64,000 bases of DNA from Mobula hypostoma (lineage: Eukaryota): the NCBI RefSeq assembly GCF_963921235.1, contig NC_086109.1:7256001-7320000 (forward strand). Reading direction: 5' to 3'. Under the pieces are notes generated by a model. That model had not been told where the DNA came from and did no database searches. It was given only the letters and a program-made list of their open reading frames with translations. Below are positions 37,931-51,116 of this stretch, in pieces. Each line of letters starts with the position of its first letter. Position 1 is the first letter of the stretch. A program made the position numbers and the translations under genes.

Positions 37931-38664
37931 TTTTCAGAAACATCGACTGTTTACTCTTTTCCATCGATGCTGTCTGACCTGCTGAGTTCCTCCAGCATTT
38001 TGTGTGTGTTGCTTTAGATTTCCTGCAGGCATGTGGCATGCTTGACTTCATCTGCAGATTTTCTCGTGAATATGATTGGTAAGTGATCAAGATGTTGCTG
38101 GCATTTTGCGTGATGTTTTGCAGTAGGGTCACAAAGTACTAGACAGAGATTTTCTGAATTATTGTCACTGCAAGTAATTTTGTAAATTCTATATTTTTAT
38201 TTTTGCTGTGAATGCCCGCAAGAAAATGAATCTCAAGTACTCCATGGAGACATACATGTGCTTTGATAATAAATTTACTTTAGCTTTTGAGTTTGTCCTT
38301 GACTTTGAAGACTGCAGATCACATCATACTAGTAGTACAGTGGACTGTGAAGGCAGTTGTGTAAGGTCATGGTACTGGGAAACTGGATAAGGGATTAGAA
38401 GCATGAAGCAATTTATTTTGGCATGTTAAGCAATAGAAGGACGTACCAATTTAATGGCATGGCCCAGGAGAGTGTTGTTAGAAACATAGAAACATAGAAA
38501 ATAGGTGCAGGAGTAGGCCATTCAGCCCTTCGAGCCTGCACGCCATTCAGTACGATCATGGCTGATCATCCAACTCAGAACACTGTACCGGCCTTCCCTC
38601 CATACCCTCTGATCCCTTTAGCCACAAGGGCCATATCTAATGGAAATGTCTTGGGGAATATGTA

Positions 38665-39459
38665 CCGTACTGTGCAGAAGTCTCAGGCACATATATATAG
38701 CTAGGGTGCCTAAGACTTTTGCACAGTACTGTATTAATTTTCTGTATTGCACTGTACTGCTGCCACAAAACAAAACAAATTTCATGACATCTGTGATGAT
38801 GATAAACCTGATTGTGATATGGGTCTCTGTTGTGGACTGAGAGTGGGAAGGGGTCAGGGAGAGGGAAATCATGGTTGGGAATGCGAAGAAATTTTTTTAG
38901 TCTGAGGATGGTGAATCTATGGAATTTGTTGCCACGGGCAACAGTGGAGGCCAAGTCATTGGGTGCATTTAAGGCAGAGATTGATAGGTATCTGAGTAGC
39001 CAGGGTATCGAAGGTTATGGTGAGAAGGCGGGGGAGTGGGACTAAATGGGAAAATGGATCAGCTCATGATAAAAGGCAGAGCAGATTCGATGGGCCGAAT
39101 GGCTGACTTCTGCTCCTTTGTCTTATTTTATGGTCTTATGGGAACAGGGGACGGGAGCAGGACACACCAGGGAGACGTTCTGTAATGATCAATAAACCAA
39201 TTGTTTGGAATCAAATGACCTCGCCTGGTGTCTCAGGGCTGGGTGTGTCTGCACCCACACCACTACCACCCCACCCCGACCCCTGCACTCCTCCTTTGCT
39301 ACCTGTCCCACAGTTCTCCACCCTTGCCATTCCCAACATCCTTTGCTACTGCCAGATTTACAAACTCGCTCTCCGCTTCACGTTGACAAGTACAGTACTG
39401 TGCAAAAGTCTTAGCCACTCTAGCTATATATATGTGCCGAAGACATTTTCGTGGTACTG
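38665..39459. mobile_element. Composite Tc1-like element bounded by two inverted 67-bp palindromic MITEs
   Basis: MITEs at 38665-38731 and 39393-39459 (cagtactgtgcaaaagtc...gacttttgcacagtactg), TA flanks; the CR1 host is continuous across the whole block. Confidence 0.65.
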
Positions 39460-39854
39460 TACATGTTAGAGGAAACACATGTAGACAGGGTTGTGAAGCA
39501 GGCGAATGGCACACTTGTCTTCATTGGCCGTGGCATTGGGTACGAGGGTTTGGATGTTACGATACATCTGGGGCAAATCATTGATTACACCACACTTGGA
39601 GTATTGTGTGCAGTTCTGGTCACTGCACTATAGGAAGGACATGATTCAAGTAAAAAGGATGAAGAAAAGATTTACAAGGATGTTGGAGGGTGTGATTTAT
39701 CAGGCAAGAATGGGTGAGTGGTGACACGATAAATGTACGTTTAAGATTATGGGAGCATAGATAGGGTGGGTATTTTCCACAGTAGGGGGTATTTAAGACA
39801 ACAAGACATAGTCTTATGATGAAAGGTAGGAGGTTTACAAGAAAATTAAAGGAA

Positions 39855-40452
39855 GGATATTAATAAGGTTGAAAGAGTGCAGAGAAGGTTTACAAGGATG
39901 CTGCCGGGACTTGAGAAACTCAGTTACAGAGAAAGGTTGAATAGGTTAGGACTTTATTCCCTGGAGCATAGAAGAATGAGGGGAGATTTGATAGAGGTAT
40001 AGATTGAGCTCATAAACCACTTGAGAGCCCATAAGTAGATCAACAGAACGAAGACCATCATCCTCGACCTCGAGGGATAGCCACGACGACGATAAAATTA
40101 TGATGGGTTTAGATAGAGTGAATGCAAGCAGGCTTTTTCCACTGAGGCTAGGGGAGAAAAAAACCAGAGGACATGGGTTAAGGGTGAAGGGGGAAAAGTT
40201 TAAAGAGAATATTAGAGGGGGCTTCTTCACACAGAGAGTGGTGGGAGTGTGGAATGAGCTGTCAGATGAAGTGGTAAATGTGAGCTCACTTTTAACATTT
40301 AAGAAAAACTTGGACAGGTACATGGATGAGAGGTGTATGGAGGGATATGGTCCAGGCGCAGGTCAGTGAGACTAGGCAAAAAAATGGTTCAGCGCAGCCA
40401 AGAAGGTCCAAAAGGCCTGTTTCTCTGCTGTAATGTTCTATGGTTCTATGGT
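39855..40452 (+). mobile_element. CR1 3' end (young) with a 90-bp RTE 3' tip inserted at 40002-40091
   Basis: MMGLDRVNASRLFPLRLGEKKTRGHGLRVKG...; the insert encodes IELINHLRAHK* and ends in (gac)n. Confidence 0.8.
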
Positions 40453-40615
40453 TTAAGGGAATCTGGAAGTATTTTTTTCACACAAGAGTAGATGGTATGA
40501 TCGGCTGCCAGAGGAGGTGAAGAAGGCAGGAACAGGATCAACATTTAAGAGGCATTTTCCCAAGTACATGATTGAGCAGGGCATTGAGGAATATGGTTTC
40601 TTACGGTTGTTCCAG

Positions 40616-41160
40616 CCGGGGAGGGGGGTAATGGGGACAAGCTCCCACTACCTATTAAATGCGCCCAATGGCGTGTGCCCCAAATAGCCTCGACAACCAA
40701 GTTCATCTCCTGGTTACTAAGCCCAGCGGAACCGTTTCTATGACAGGAGAAGGGAGCATGTTACTGGTACCTTAAAGTTAACCGCTTTGGTCAAATGGGG
40801 TTTGTGCCGTGGCTGGCAGCTCATCTAGGAGAAGGGAAACTCTGATCTCAAATCTCCGCTACCTGGCGGCTATACCCACTCATGGGAAAGGCTTTGGGAG
40901 TAAATCCCCAGGGAAAAATCCGGAGCTGGAATCTTTATGGTAGCCTTACATTGAGTTCAACGCTGACTGCCAACTCCTGCAACACTGCTGGTGCCAACCT
41001 GTATCGGTCTCTGACGTTTCTTTGGATTCATCAGATGCGTGGAGAGGAGGAGCTTGCTACATGGGCAACAGCTTGCTCTCCATATTGTACAGCCCTGGCT
41101 TTCATATCTATGTAGTTAGGATGCAACATCCATGGTTGGCTATGACTGGCGGAGGCCTCA
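40616..41160 (+). mobile_element. Bipartite non-autonomous RTE-type element
   Basis: RTE 5'UTR-like motif catctaggagaagggaaactctgat; tail related to that of the SINE at 7671-7985. Confidence 0.6.
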
Positions 41161-41943
41161 GAGAGGGCTATAGAAATAATGCAGGAAAGTGGGAATGGCC
41201 TTGATAGGGATGACGGTCAACATAGGCAAATTGGGATGAATGGCCTGTTTGTATTTCTTTAACTATGGCTGTAAATTCCCCCGGGTTATAGGTGAGCGGT
41301 GGAATCTGAGGAAAGTTAATGAAAACGTGGGGGGAATAAAATGGGATTGGAGTCAATGAGTTGGTTTGGAGTTGATGGCCTGAAAGGCCTGCTGTATGGC
41401 ACGATGATTCTGTGGTGAGTGGGGAAGTTTCTGGGACTCATCGAGCTCAGAAAAGTCCAATGTGGCTCAGCGGAGGAAGTCTCTGACTCACCATGGTCTC
41501 TCACGCTACCGAGCCACATCACTTGGCAGGGAATTTCTATCTGCTGAAAGTGGTTAGCACCCAGAGCCAAAGAAAACGTGACCTGATCAATGACCTTCTG
41601 AGGCCACCTACACAGCACGGCACCACTTGTGGTTGAAACAGCCGTGTCAGCACTTTACCAAGGAGTGTCTACGGTGGGAGACTGCGAGCAGACACCAAAG
41701 TGCCTCCTCGACGCCAACTCACCCACACAAAATCAGCCCAGTCATGTCTCTACAGGCTCCTTCTTAACCCTATCCTGACTGCTGGGGTCTCTGCTCCAGG
41801 AGAATACACAGCTCACACTCACACAAGTGCCGAAAGTGCCTCGTGACACAGGATGTATTTTTGTCGCCTTTCACACCACTCCAACTCCAGACCTCAGTCA
41901 CCCATCTTCATCCCTTCCCCGTCCAGGTTCCATCCACCCAGTA

Positions 41944-42728
41944 TACACACACACACTCACACACACACACACACACTCACACACACACACACACACTCAC
42001 ACACACACTTACACACACACTCACACACACTTACACACACACTCACACACACTCACACACAAACACACACACTCACACACACACACACTCACACAAACAC
42101 ACACACACACACAAACACACTCACACACACAAACACACACACACACTCACTCACACACACACAAACACACACAAACACACACACACACTCACTCACACAC
42201 ACACAAACACACACGCACACACACTCTCTCACACACACACTCACACACACACACACACACACTCACTCACACACACACACACATCCTCACACAGAATCAA
42301 ACACACACACTCATTCACACACGCACACACACACAAACAAACACATTCACACATACACTCATGCACCCACACACATGCGTGTGCACACACATGCACACAT
42401 GCACCCACACACACACTCACACACGCGCGCATGCACACGTGAACACATGCCCACACACACGCGCAATTACGAGCACATGCATGCACACTTACACACACTC
42501 ACACATGCACACGCATACACGTGCAAACACATGCACACACACATGCACGCATACACACACACTCACGCACCCACACACATGCGTGTGCACACACATGCAC
42601 GCACACGTGCAAGCATGCGCACATTCCCACAAACACACACGTGCGCATACACACATGAACATGCGCACACGCACACAGGCGCAATCACGTGCACATGCAC
42701 ACTCACACACAGATACTCACAGACACAT

Positions 42729-42759
<31 letters not shown>

Positions 42760-43032
42760 CTCACACACGCACACACACATAGAAACACACACACACTCAC
42801 TCACACACACACACACACATACATACACACACGTGCAAACACATGCACACATACACACACTCTCAAGCACCCACACACACATGCATGTGGACACACATGC
42901 ACACACACACACGCATGCATGCGCACACTCCCACACACACATGCACACATGCACCCACACACACTCAAACACGCGCGCATACACACATGAACTTACGTAC
43001 ACGCACACACGCGCAATCACATGCACATACAT

Positions 43033-43072
<40 letters not shown>

Positions 43073-43075
43073 ACA
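41944..43075. repeat. Complex (CA)n microsatellite with CACT/CAAA/CATG/CACG variants
   Basis: Direct inspection. Confidence 0.97.
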
Positions 43076-43559
43076 GAATTCACCCTCAAACTTCTCCCCA
43101 CCAGCCCCATCCTGAATCTGGGTCTGGATCCATCTGCCCCTTTGCAGAATTGCCCTCGCTTTCTGAGGAAGAAGGGTCACTGGTGGGCTTTCTCAACCAA
43201 ACATCCATGTGGTTGGAGCAGGAAAATCTTGTTGGTGATTTTACACCTGGGAACCATCTCTATCTCAGTACCATTTTTACGCTCTCTTCTCTTTGCCGCA
43301 GATTTTTGTTTCTTTTTTATTTTGAGATCTATTTTTTCAACTTGCTGAAAGTCAAACTCATTTCAGGAGCTTTTTGACTTTTCCCCAGTGGCACCTAGAG
43401 TGAGTGAGGAAGCTCACCCAGTGTTCTGTACTTTGGGAAGCAAAACCGTTCAATGCAAAGGCACCAAGCCACAAGTTTTTCCTTTGCTGTCACTGAACAG
43501 CGTTCCAAGATTGATTGCGTTCTCAGCCAGTTGTCTTCAGATGGTGGTGGCAGCTTATT

Positions 43560-45320
43560 AGAATCATAAAAATCTACAGCATATTACAGGCCATTCGGCC
43601 CACAATGTTGTGCCGACCATGTAACCTATTCTAGAAACTGCCTAGAATTTCCCTACCGCAAAGCCCTAATTTTTACTAAGCTCTATGTACTTATCTAAGA
43701 ACCTCTTAAAAGACCCTATTGTATCCACTTCCACCACTGCCGCTGGCAGTGCATTCCACACACTCACCACTCTCTGCGTGAAAAACCTACCCCTGAAATC
43801 CCCTCGGTACCTACTTCCAAACACCTTAAAACTATGCCATTTCAGCCATCTCAGTTCTGGGAAAAAGCCTCTGGCTATCCACATGAACAATGCCTCTCAT
43901 CATCTTATACATCTCTATCAGGTCACTTCTCATCCTCTGTCGCTCTAAGGAGAAAAGGCCGAGTTCACTCAACCTATTCACATAAGGCATGCTCCCCAAT
44001 CCAGGCAACATCCTGGTAAATCTCCTCTGCAATCTCTCTACAGCATCCACATCCTTCCTGTAATGAAGTGACCAGAACTGAACACAGTACTCCAAGTGGG
44101 GTCTGACTGAGGTCTTGTATAGCTGTAACATTATCTCGGGGTTCTTGAACACAATCCCATGGTTGATGAAGGCCAACACACCGTATGCCTTCTTAACAAC
44201 ACTGTCAACCTGTGCAGCAGCTTTGAGTGTCCTATGGACACGGGCCCCAAGATCTCTCTGTACCTCCACACTGTCAAGAGTCTTACCATTAATATTATAT
44301 TCTGTTCTCAAATTTGACCTACCAAAGGGAACCACTTCACACTTCTCTGGGTTGAACTCCATCTGCCACTTCTCAGCCCAGTTCTGCATCTTATTAGTGT
44401 TGTGCTATAACCTCTGACAACCCTTCAGACTTTTCACAACACCCCCAACTTTTGTGTCATCAGAAAATATATTAATGCACCCTTCTACTTCCTGTTCCAG
44501 GTTATTTATAAAAATCACAAAGAGGAGGGGTTCCAGAACAGATCCCAGCAAAACATCACCTGTCACCATCCTCCATGCAGAATACGAACCATCTACAACT
44601 ACCCTTTGCCTTCTGTGGGCAAGCCAATTCTGGATCCATAAAGCAAGGTCTCCTTGGATCCCATGCCTCACTACTTTCTGAATAAGTCTTGCATAGGGAA
44701 CTTTCTCAAATGCCTGACTGAAATCCATATAGACTACGTCCACTGCTCTACCTTCATCTGTGTGTTTTGTTACATCCTCAAAGAATTCAATCAGGTTCGT
44801 AAGGCATGACCTGCCTTTGGCAAAGCCAAGTCGTAAGATTCATGAGTCTATATTTCCTGGGTTACTTCTACTCCCTTTCTTGAACAAGGGAACAATGTTT
44901 GCAGCCTTCCAATCCCCCGGTACTTTTCCAGTCCCTATTGATGATGCAAAGATCTTCACCAGAGGCTCAGCACTCTCCTCTCTCACTTCCTACAGTAGCC
45001 TGGGGTATATTTTGTTCAGTCATGGCAACTTATCCAACTTAATACCTTTCAAAAGCTCCAGCACATTCTCTTTCTTAATGTCTATACACGCAAGTCTTTC
45101 AGTCTGCTTTAACTCATCCCCATAATTGCCAAGGTCCATTTCACTGGTGAATACTGAAGCAAAGTATTCATTAAGTGTCTCCACTACCTCCTCCGGCTCC
45201 GTGCACATGTTTCCACTCTCACTCCTGATTGGTTCAATTCTCACTCGGCTCATCCTCTTATTCTTCACATACTTGTAGAATGCCTTGGAGTTTCCTTAAT
45301 CCTGATCACCAAGGCCTTTT
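43560..45320 (-). mobile_element. CR1 LINE ORF2 (RT) fragment, ~1.8 kb, with 3' end
   Basis: DVVYMDFSQAFEKVP...LFVIFINNL...FSDDTKVGG...WAEKWQMEFNPEKCEV...RPHLEYCVQFWS. Confidence 0.92.
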
Positions 45321-45344
45321 CAGGCTCTTGCACTCCACTTTCTC

Positions 45345-45865
45345 TGTATCTTAACACATTATTCCATGGCCTCCTCTTGTGTCAAGATGAGGCCACCCTC
45401 AGGATGGAGGAGCATCACCTTATATTCTGTTTGGGTAGCCTCCAACCTGATGGCAAGAATATCGATTTCTCCTTCTGGTAAAAAAAAACCCTCCTCCCCT
45501 CACCTCTTCTTCTATTCCCACTTGGCCTCTTACCTCTTCTCACCTGCCTATCAGCTCCCACAGGTGGCCTCCTGCTTCCCTTTCTCCTATGGTCCTGTCT
45601 CCTCTCCTATCAGATTCCTTCTTCTCCAGCCCTTCATCTTTCCCACCCACCTGGCTTCACCTATCACCTTCTAGCTAGTCCTCCTTCCCCTCCCTCACCT
45701 TTTTATTCTGGTGTCTTCCCACTTCCTTTCCAGTCCTGAATAAGGATCTCGACCCAAAACATCGACTGTTTATTCATTTCCACAGATGCTGCCTGACCTG
45801 TTGAAATCCTTCAGCATTTTGGGTGTGTTGCTTGGAATTCCAACATCTGCTGATTTTCTCTTGCT
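45345..45865 (+). mobile_element. Penelope-like 3' end with degenerate hammerhead (45731-45768)
   Basis: GIY-YIG C-terminal remnant, pyrimidine-rich UTR, cagtcctgaataaggatctcgacccaaaacatcgactg. Confidence 0.75.
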
Positions 45866-46866
45866 TATTCTATATTCTGTTATTGTTTTCCCTTTGTCAT
45901 CTTAATCATTATGTGCCATGCCGTATGACATGGGCGGTCTTGGTCTCATGACCATGATTGTTCTTGGCAAATTCTTCTACAAAAGTGGTTTGCCATTGAC
46001 AAGACAGGTGACCCCAGCCATTAGATTAGATTCGATTCAACTTTATTGTCACTGTGCTGAGTACAGATACAAAGCCAATGAAATGCAGTCAGTATCTAAC
46101 CAGAAATGCAAAGACTAGTGTTATTTACAAAATAACTGCCAATAAAAAGTAAGTGCTACAGCATGCAAATATAAAAGTTCTGAGACAGTACAATATTATC
46201 AATACTCTTCAGAGATTATCTGTCTGCCGTCAGAGGTCGCAGAAGCAGGACTTGTGATATGCACAAGCTGCTCATACGAGCACCCACCATCTTCATGTGA
46301 CCCTGATTGGGAGGGGCGGGGGGTGGCTAAACATGTGTTACACCTTGCCCAAGGCAGACCTGCAGGCTAGCGGAGGGAAGAAGCACCTTTCACCACCCTT
46401 GGTAGAAACTTACTGTATCTCCACCCCACCACATATTGTCCTCACTTGATATCCATTTCCCTTTGTACTACCTTGATATCCTATGTATGGAAGGGTCTGT
46501 CTGGAAGGCACACTACACTAAGTTTTTCACTGTATCTCAGTACTTGTATACAACCTTCAGGCTCCTGAACCAGCATGGGTAACTATTGAACCTGTTGAAC
46601 TCAACACAACTCTGAACTGATTCCACAATCTACAGACTCACGTTCAAGGACTCTATTACTCAAGAGTCTACAACTGATGTTCTCAATGCTATTTACATTT
46701 TATGTGCACAGTCGCTGCTGCCATCAGGAAGAAGGTACAGGAGCCGCAAAACTCACTCCAGCAGGTTCAGGAACAGTTCCTATGCTCAGCTACCTGGCTC
46801 TTCAACCAAAGGGGATAACTTCACTCAACTTCACTTGCCCCATCATTGAAATGTTCCCATAACCTA

Positions 46867-47552
46867 TTAGATTAGATTAGTTTATGAGAACACTCAGTCC
46901 TCTTTTATTGTCATTTAGAAATGCATACATGCATTAAGAAATGATACAATGTTTCTCTGGAGTGATATCACAGAAAACAGGACAAAACAAAGACTAACGC
47001 TGACAGAACCACATAATTATAACATATAGTTACAGCAGTGCAAAGCAATACCATAATTTGATGAACAAACCATGGGCACAGTAAAAATAGTCTCAAAGTC
47101 CCCGAGTCGATCGACTCCCGAGTCCCCGGTAGCAGGCGGCAAAAGGGAGAACCTCCCTGCCATAAACCTCCAGGCACCATCAACTTGACGATGCTTTGGA
47201 AGCAGCCGACCACAGCCGACACTGAGTCCGTCCGTCCGAAAACTTCGAGCTTCCGACCAGCCTCTCCGATACAGCCTCCTGAGCGCCATCCTCTGCCGAG
47301 CGCCTTCGACCTCACCCCGGCCGCTGAAACATGCAAAGCCAAGGATTTTGGGGCCTTCTGCTCGGGAGATTCCGGTTACCACACAGTAGCAGCGGCAGCG
47401 AAGCGGGCATTTCAGAAGTTTTCCAGATGTTCCTCCGTACTCTCACGTCTGTCTCCATCAAATCAGGATTGTGCACGGTCCCCTACTTGACAGATAACAG
47501 ACATCACCACCGAAGTGGCCGCGTGCGCTGCTGTCGCGCCGCCATCTTCTCC
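46867..47552 (-). mobile_element. Second copy of the ~680-bp AAGATGGCG-headed element
   Basis: Reverse complement of 18885-19561; paired ORF-track translations nearly identical. Confidence 0.85.
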
Positions 47553-50399
47553 GCCTTCTATGGACCCTTCATCTCATGTTCTCGTTATTTTATTGCTCAT
47601 TTATTTATTATTACTATTTTTTTTCAGTATTTACACAGTTTGTTGTTTTTTGCTCACGGGTTGAGCTAAAGTTGGTGTGGCCTTTCACTGATTCAGTGAT
47701 AGTTATTATTCTACAGATTTATTGAATATGCCTACAAGACAATAAATCTAAGGGCTGTGCGTAGTAATATATATGTACTTTGATAATAATTTTATTTCAA
47801 CCTTTGAAATTTTACTTTGTGACTTTGAACTATTGGTGTTTTGAGTCTAAACCTTGTCTGAGGACACAAGGATATAAAAGACCATTCTTCTTGCTGCTGC
47901 CATCAAGGAGGCGGTATAGGGACCCAGGAGTCACAACACCAGGTCAGGACCAGTTATCACCCCTCCAACCATCAGGTTCTTCAACGAGAGAGGACAACTT
48001 CACTCAAACTCACTTGCCCCACCACTGAATAGTTCCTTCAACCTATGGATTCACTTTTAAGGACCCTTCATCTCATGTTCTCAATATTTATTGCTTATTT
48101 ATTATTATTTTTCTTTCTTTTCTTACTTGCACAGTATGTTGCCTTTCGCTCACTGGTTGTCCACCTCGTTGGTGCCGTTTTTCATTGACTCTACTGTGGC
48201 TATTGGTTTTCTTGTGTATGCCTGCAAGAAATGAATCTCAAGGTAGGAAATAATAAATTTATTTGACAATAAATTTACTTTGATTTTGACATAACAATAA
48301 TTAAAAAAAAAACTCCAAATTGATTCGAATTTAGGGAGAATAATTGTGATTGGAGTTAGTAGATGCTTGGTGGACAGCAGGCTTAGTTGGGCTGAATGGT
48401 CTGTTTCTGCTCTGTATAACTCTATGACTACATATTGATTAAGTCAACTGCTGGCAGAACCCACTGTACAAAAGCAAACATAATTTCCTTCAAGGAAATT
48501 CCCAAGAGCCAAGACAATTAAAATTTGAGGGAAGAATTTCGTTTTTGTCCTCTCCTTCATTTGGAGAAATGCCAAATAATTTGATAAGTTTGGTGGAAGT
48601 AAAACTTTGTAAGTGAAGCTCTCATGTATGCCATTTAGGCTGAAGCCGTAATCACAGCTGGAATTAAACTGCTCCCCTGAAAAATGAGGAGAATTAGTCC
48701 CTTAATGAAGTTTGAAAGACCACTTCCATTTTCTCTTAACCGGCCCCTGCAGAATTCTTCACCCAGATCCTTTGGGGGCATTTGGGAGTGAAATGAAGTG
48801 TAAACATCGGAAAGAATGCAGGGAATGAAGTGATGAAAGCATGGTTTATTTCTCTGAGGTAACGTTATTAAATAAGAGAGTCGGCGTATGGGGATTTTGG
48901 GGGTGTGGATTTTATGCTGAAGGAATTGGCTGGGAGATAAAGGATGCATTGTTGTTCTGATGGAGTCTGAGGGACTAGAATCAAGCTGAAACATAACAAA
49001 AACATACTGCACTATCAGTCGAGGTACAGATAGAAGACGGACTGTTTCAGGAAGACTGGTAAGCTCACAATTCTCTGCAAGTTTAACATTGCACTTAAAT
49101 AGATTGCAATATTATGATGGATACTCAAGGAATGTATTAAGAAAACAGAAAATTCTGGAGCCATTTATTTTAGTAAAAAAGACATTTTTATTTGTGTGAG
49201 CATTTTTCTTTAGCAAAGCTTTGAAAAAATGCTTAAACGTGAGAAAGTTTTTCTCCCTGAAGTTTAACTTATATTGCAGTGTTTGGCATTAAGTGTTACT
49301 AACCAAATAAAATTAAGTGGGTGGTTTGCTGACAGAACAGTTTGTTGTAATTATTTGTCAATGAGTTTGCTGTTTGCGTTAAGCAGGGGTGCTGCAAATA
49401 TATCTCTCTAACAGGAATAACTTACAAAGTAACAAATAATTCGGTCATTTTTTCTGTATTATGTGAAACTTCAGTCACCTGGTCAGATTCGTGCACTGAA
49501 AAGGATTTCAATACTCAACCAGCTAATACTTTAACTTCACTTTTGGGAAGTTCTTCCAGTGTTTTGATGTTTAGTGTCTTCCTGTTTATATTTTGATACC
49601 AGTACTAAACTTAATTGGAATTGACCTCTGAATATCCAGAAATAAAGGGGAACAAGTGGTGTTTTTTCTCACAGAGCAGAGCTTGTTGTAATTAGTTGCC
49701 AGTGGGTTTGCTGATTCTGTTAAGTAGGGGTGCTTCAAGAATATCCCTCTCCGTTCTTGCAGGATGATACAAATATGAATCTCAAGATTGTATACTGTAT
49801 ACATACTTAAAAAAAATAACATTACTTTGAACTTTGTGAACTTTGAACAAGTCGTTGTTACACCGAGCTCTGCTTATAGGTTCAACCGTTGCATCCTTTT
49901 GTTTGTTCTGACCTTCAGGCTTTGGTTAAAACACTAGAAACTTTCTCATCCATTCCAGAAGGCACTTGTGCACTGAAAGGGCCACTGACGCATCTTCAAG
50001 TAGCAAAAAAAAGGCACAATAGCTGTTCCTAAAACTGTTTCCTAGTAACCAGAGTGCACATTTGACAGGATAAATGTGATTCTCTCCAGGTGATGTATAG
50101 ACATTGGTTGGTACAGGCAAATTATAGAAGGGGGCTGTTCACCCCATCGTTTCTGGCAGCCAGAAATAGTTTTATTTGTATAACTTCCACTTCCCTGCTC
50201 TCAGTCTGGAGTTTTGTTGGGTTTGGCTGTTTGAGAGTGTTGCTTTAAAGTGGTGAGAGTGTCTGCTATCACTGCACTTCCTGTGTCGGGCACAGAGTCC
50301 CAGACACAAACCACTCTCTGACTTTTCCTCAGCACCCACCCCTGGAAGAATTTCTGAATCAGCAGGGGTGGGGAGGGGGAAGGGTTAGAGTTGCACTTG

Positions 50400-50585
50400 A
50401 GGTGGCACGGTTAACATTGCGCTTTGCCACACCAGCGACCCAGGTTCAATTCCCGCCGCTGCCTGTAAGGAGTTTGTATGTCCTGCCCGTGACTGTCTCG
50501 ATTTCCTCCAGGTGCTCTGGTTTCCTCCCACATTCCAAAGTTGTATGGGCTAGTAGGTTAACAGGACACAAGGGTGTAATCAGCC
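50400..50585 (+). mobile_element. HE1/V-SINE-like SINE
   Basis: B box ggttcaattcc; core aggagtttgtatgt...ggtttcctcccacattccaaag. Confidence 0.75.
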
Positions 50586-51116
50586 TGCCGTCATGCTGTA
50601 CCTTTAAATAAGTAAGTCAGCGCAATCTCCCGCGAGCGAAGGGTGGACTGTGTTCTGCCGGGTGACGTTACTGATGGTGACATTTCCCCATTGATAGTCG
50701 TTCTGGAGACGTTACTTTTGTGGCATCTCAGTTCAGGGTACAGCTGATCCCTTTGATAATAAAATGCCTGGTGTAAACACAAGGCAGTCTGCAGATGCTG
50801 GAAATCTGGAACAACATGCACAAAATGATGGAGGAACTCAGCAGGTCAGGCAGCAGACAAGGAGGGGAAAAGATAGTCAACATTCCTGGCCAACCAAAGG
50901 GCTGTAAAGGAAGGGGTCAGGAACCATAAGGTGGTGGAGTGGGGAGGGAGGGGAAGGAGCTCAAGGTAGTAGTTCAAGTTCAAGTTTATTGCCACTCGAC
51001 CATACATGTGTATAGAGAGAAACAAAGCATCATTCACCTGGGGCTAAGTTGCAAAACACGGTAAAGAGTATGTAGTTACACACACCACATATAGTTACAA
51101 TACAGCACATATTGAG

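Noticed and set aside
41827..43348. His/Thr-rich and Cys/Val-rich ORFs
   Set aside because: Translations of the (CA)n/(TG)n microsatellite.
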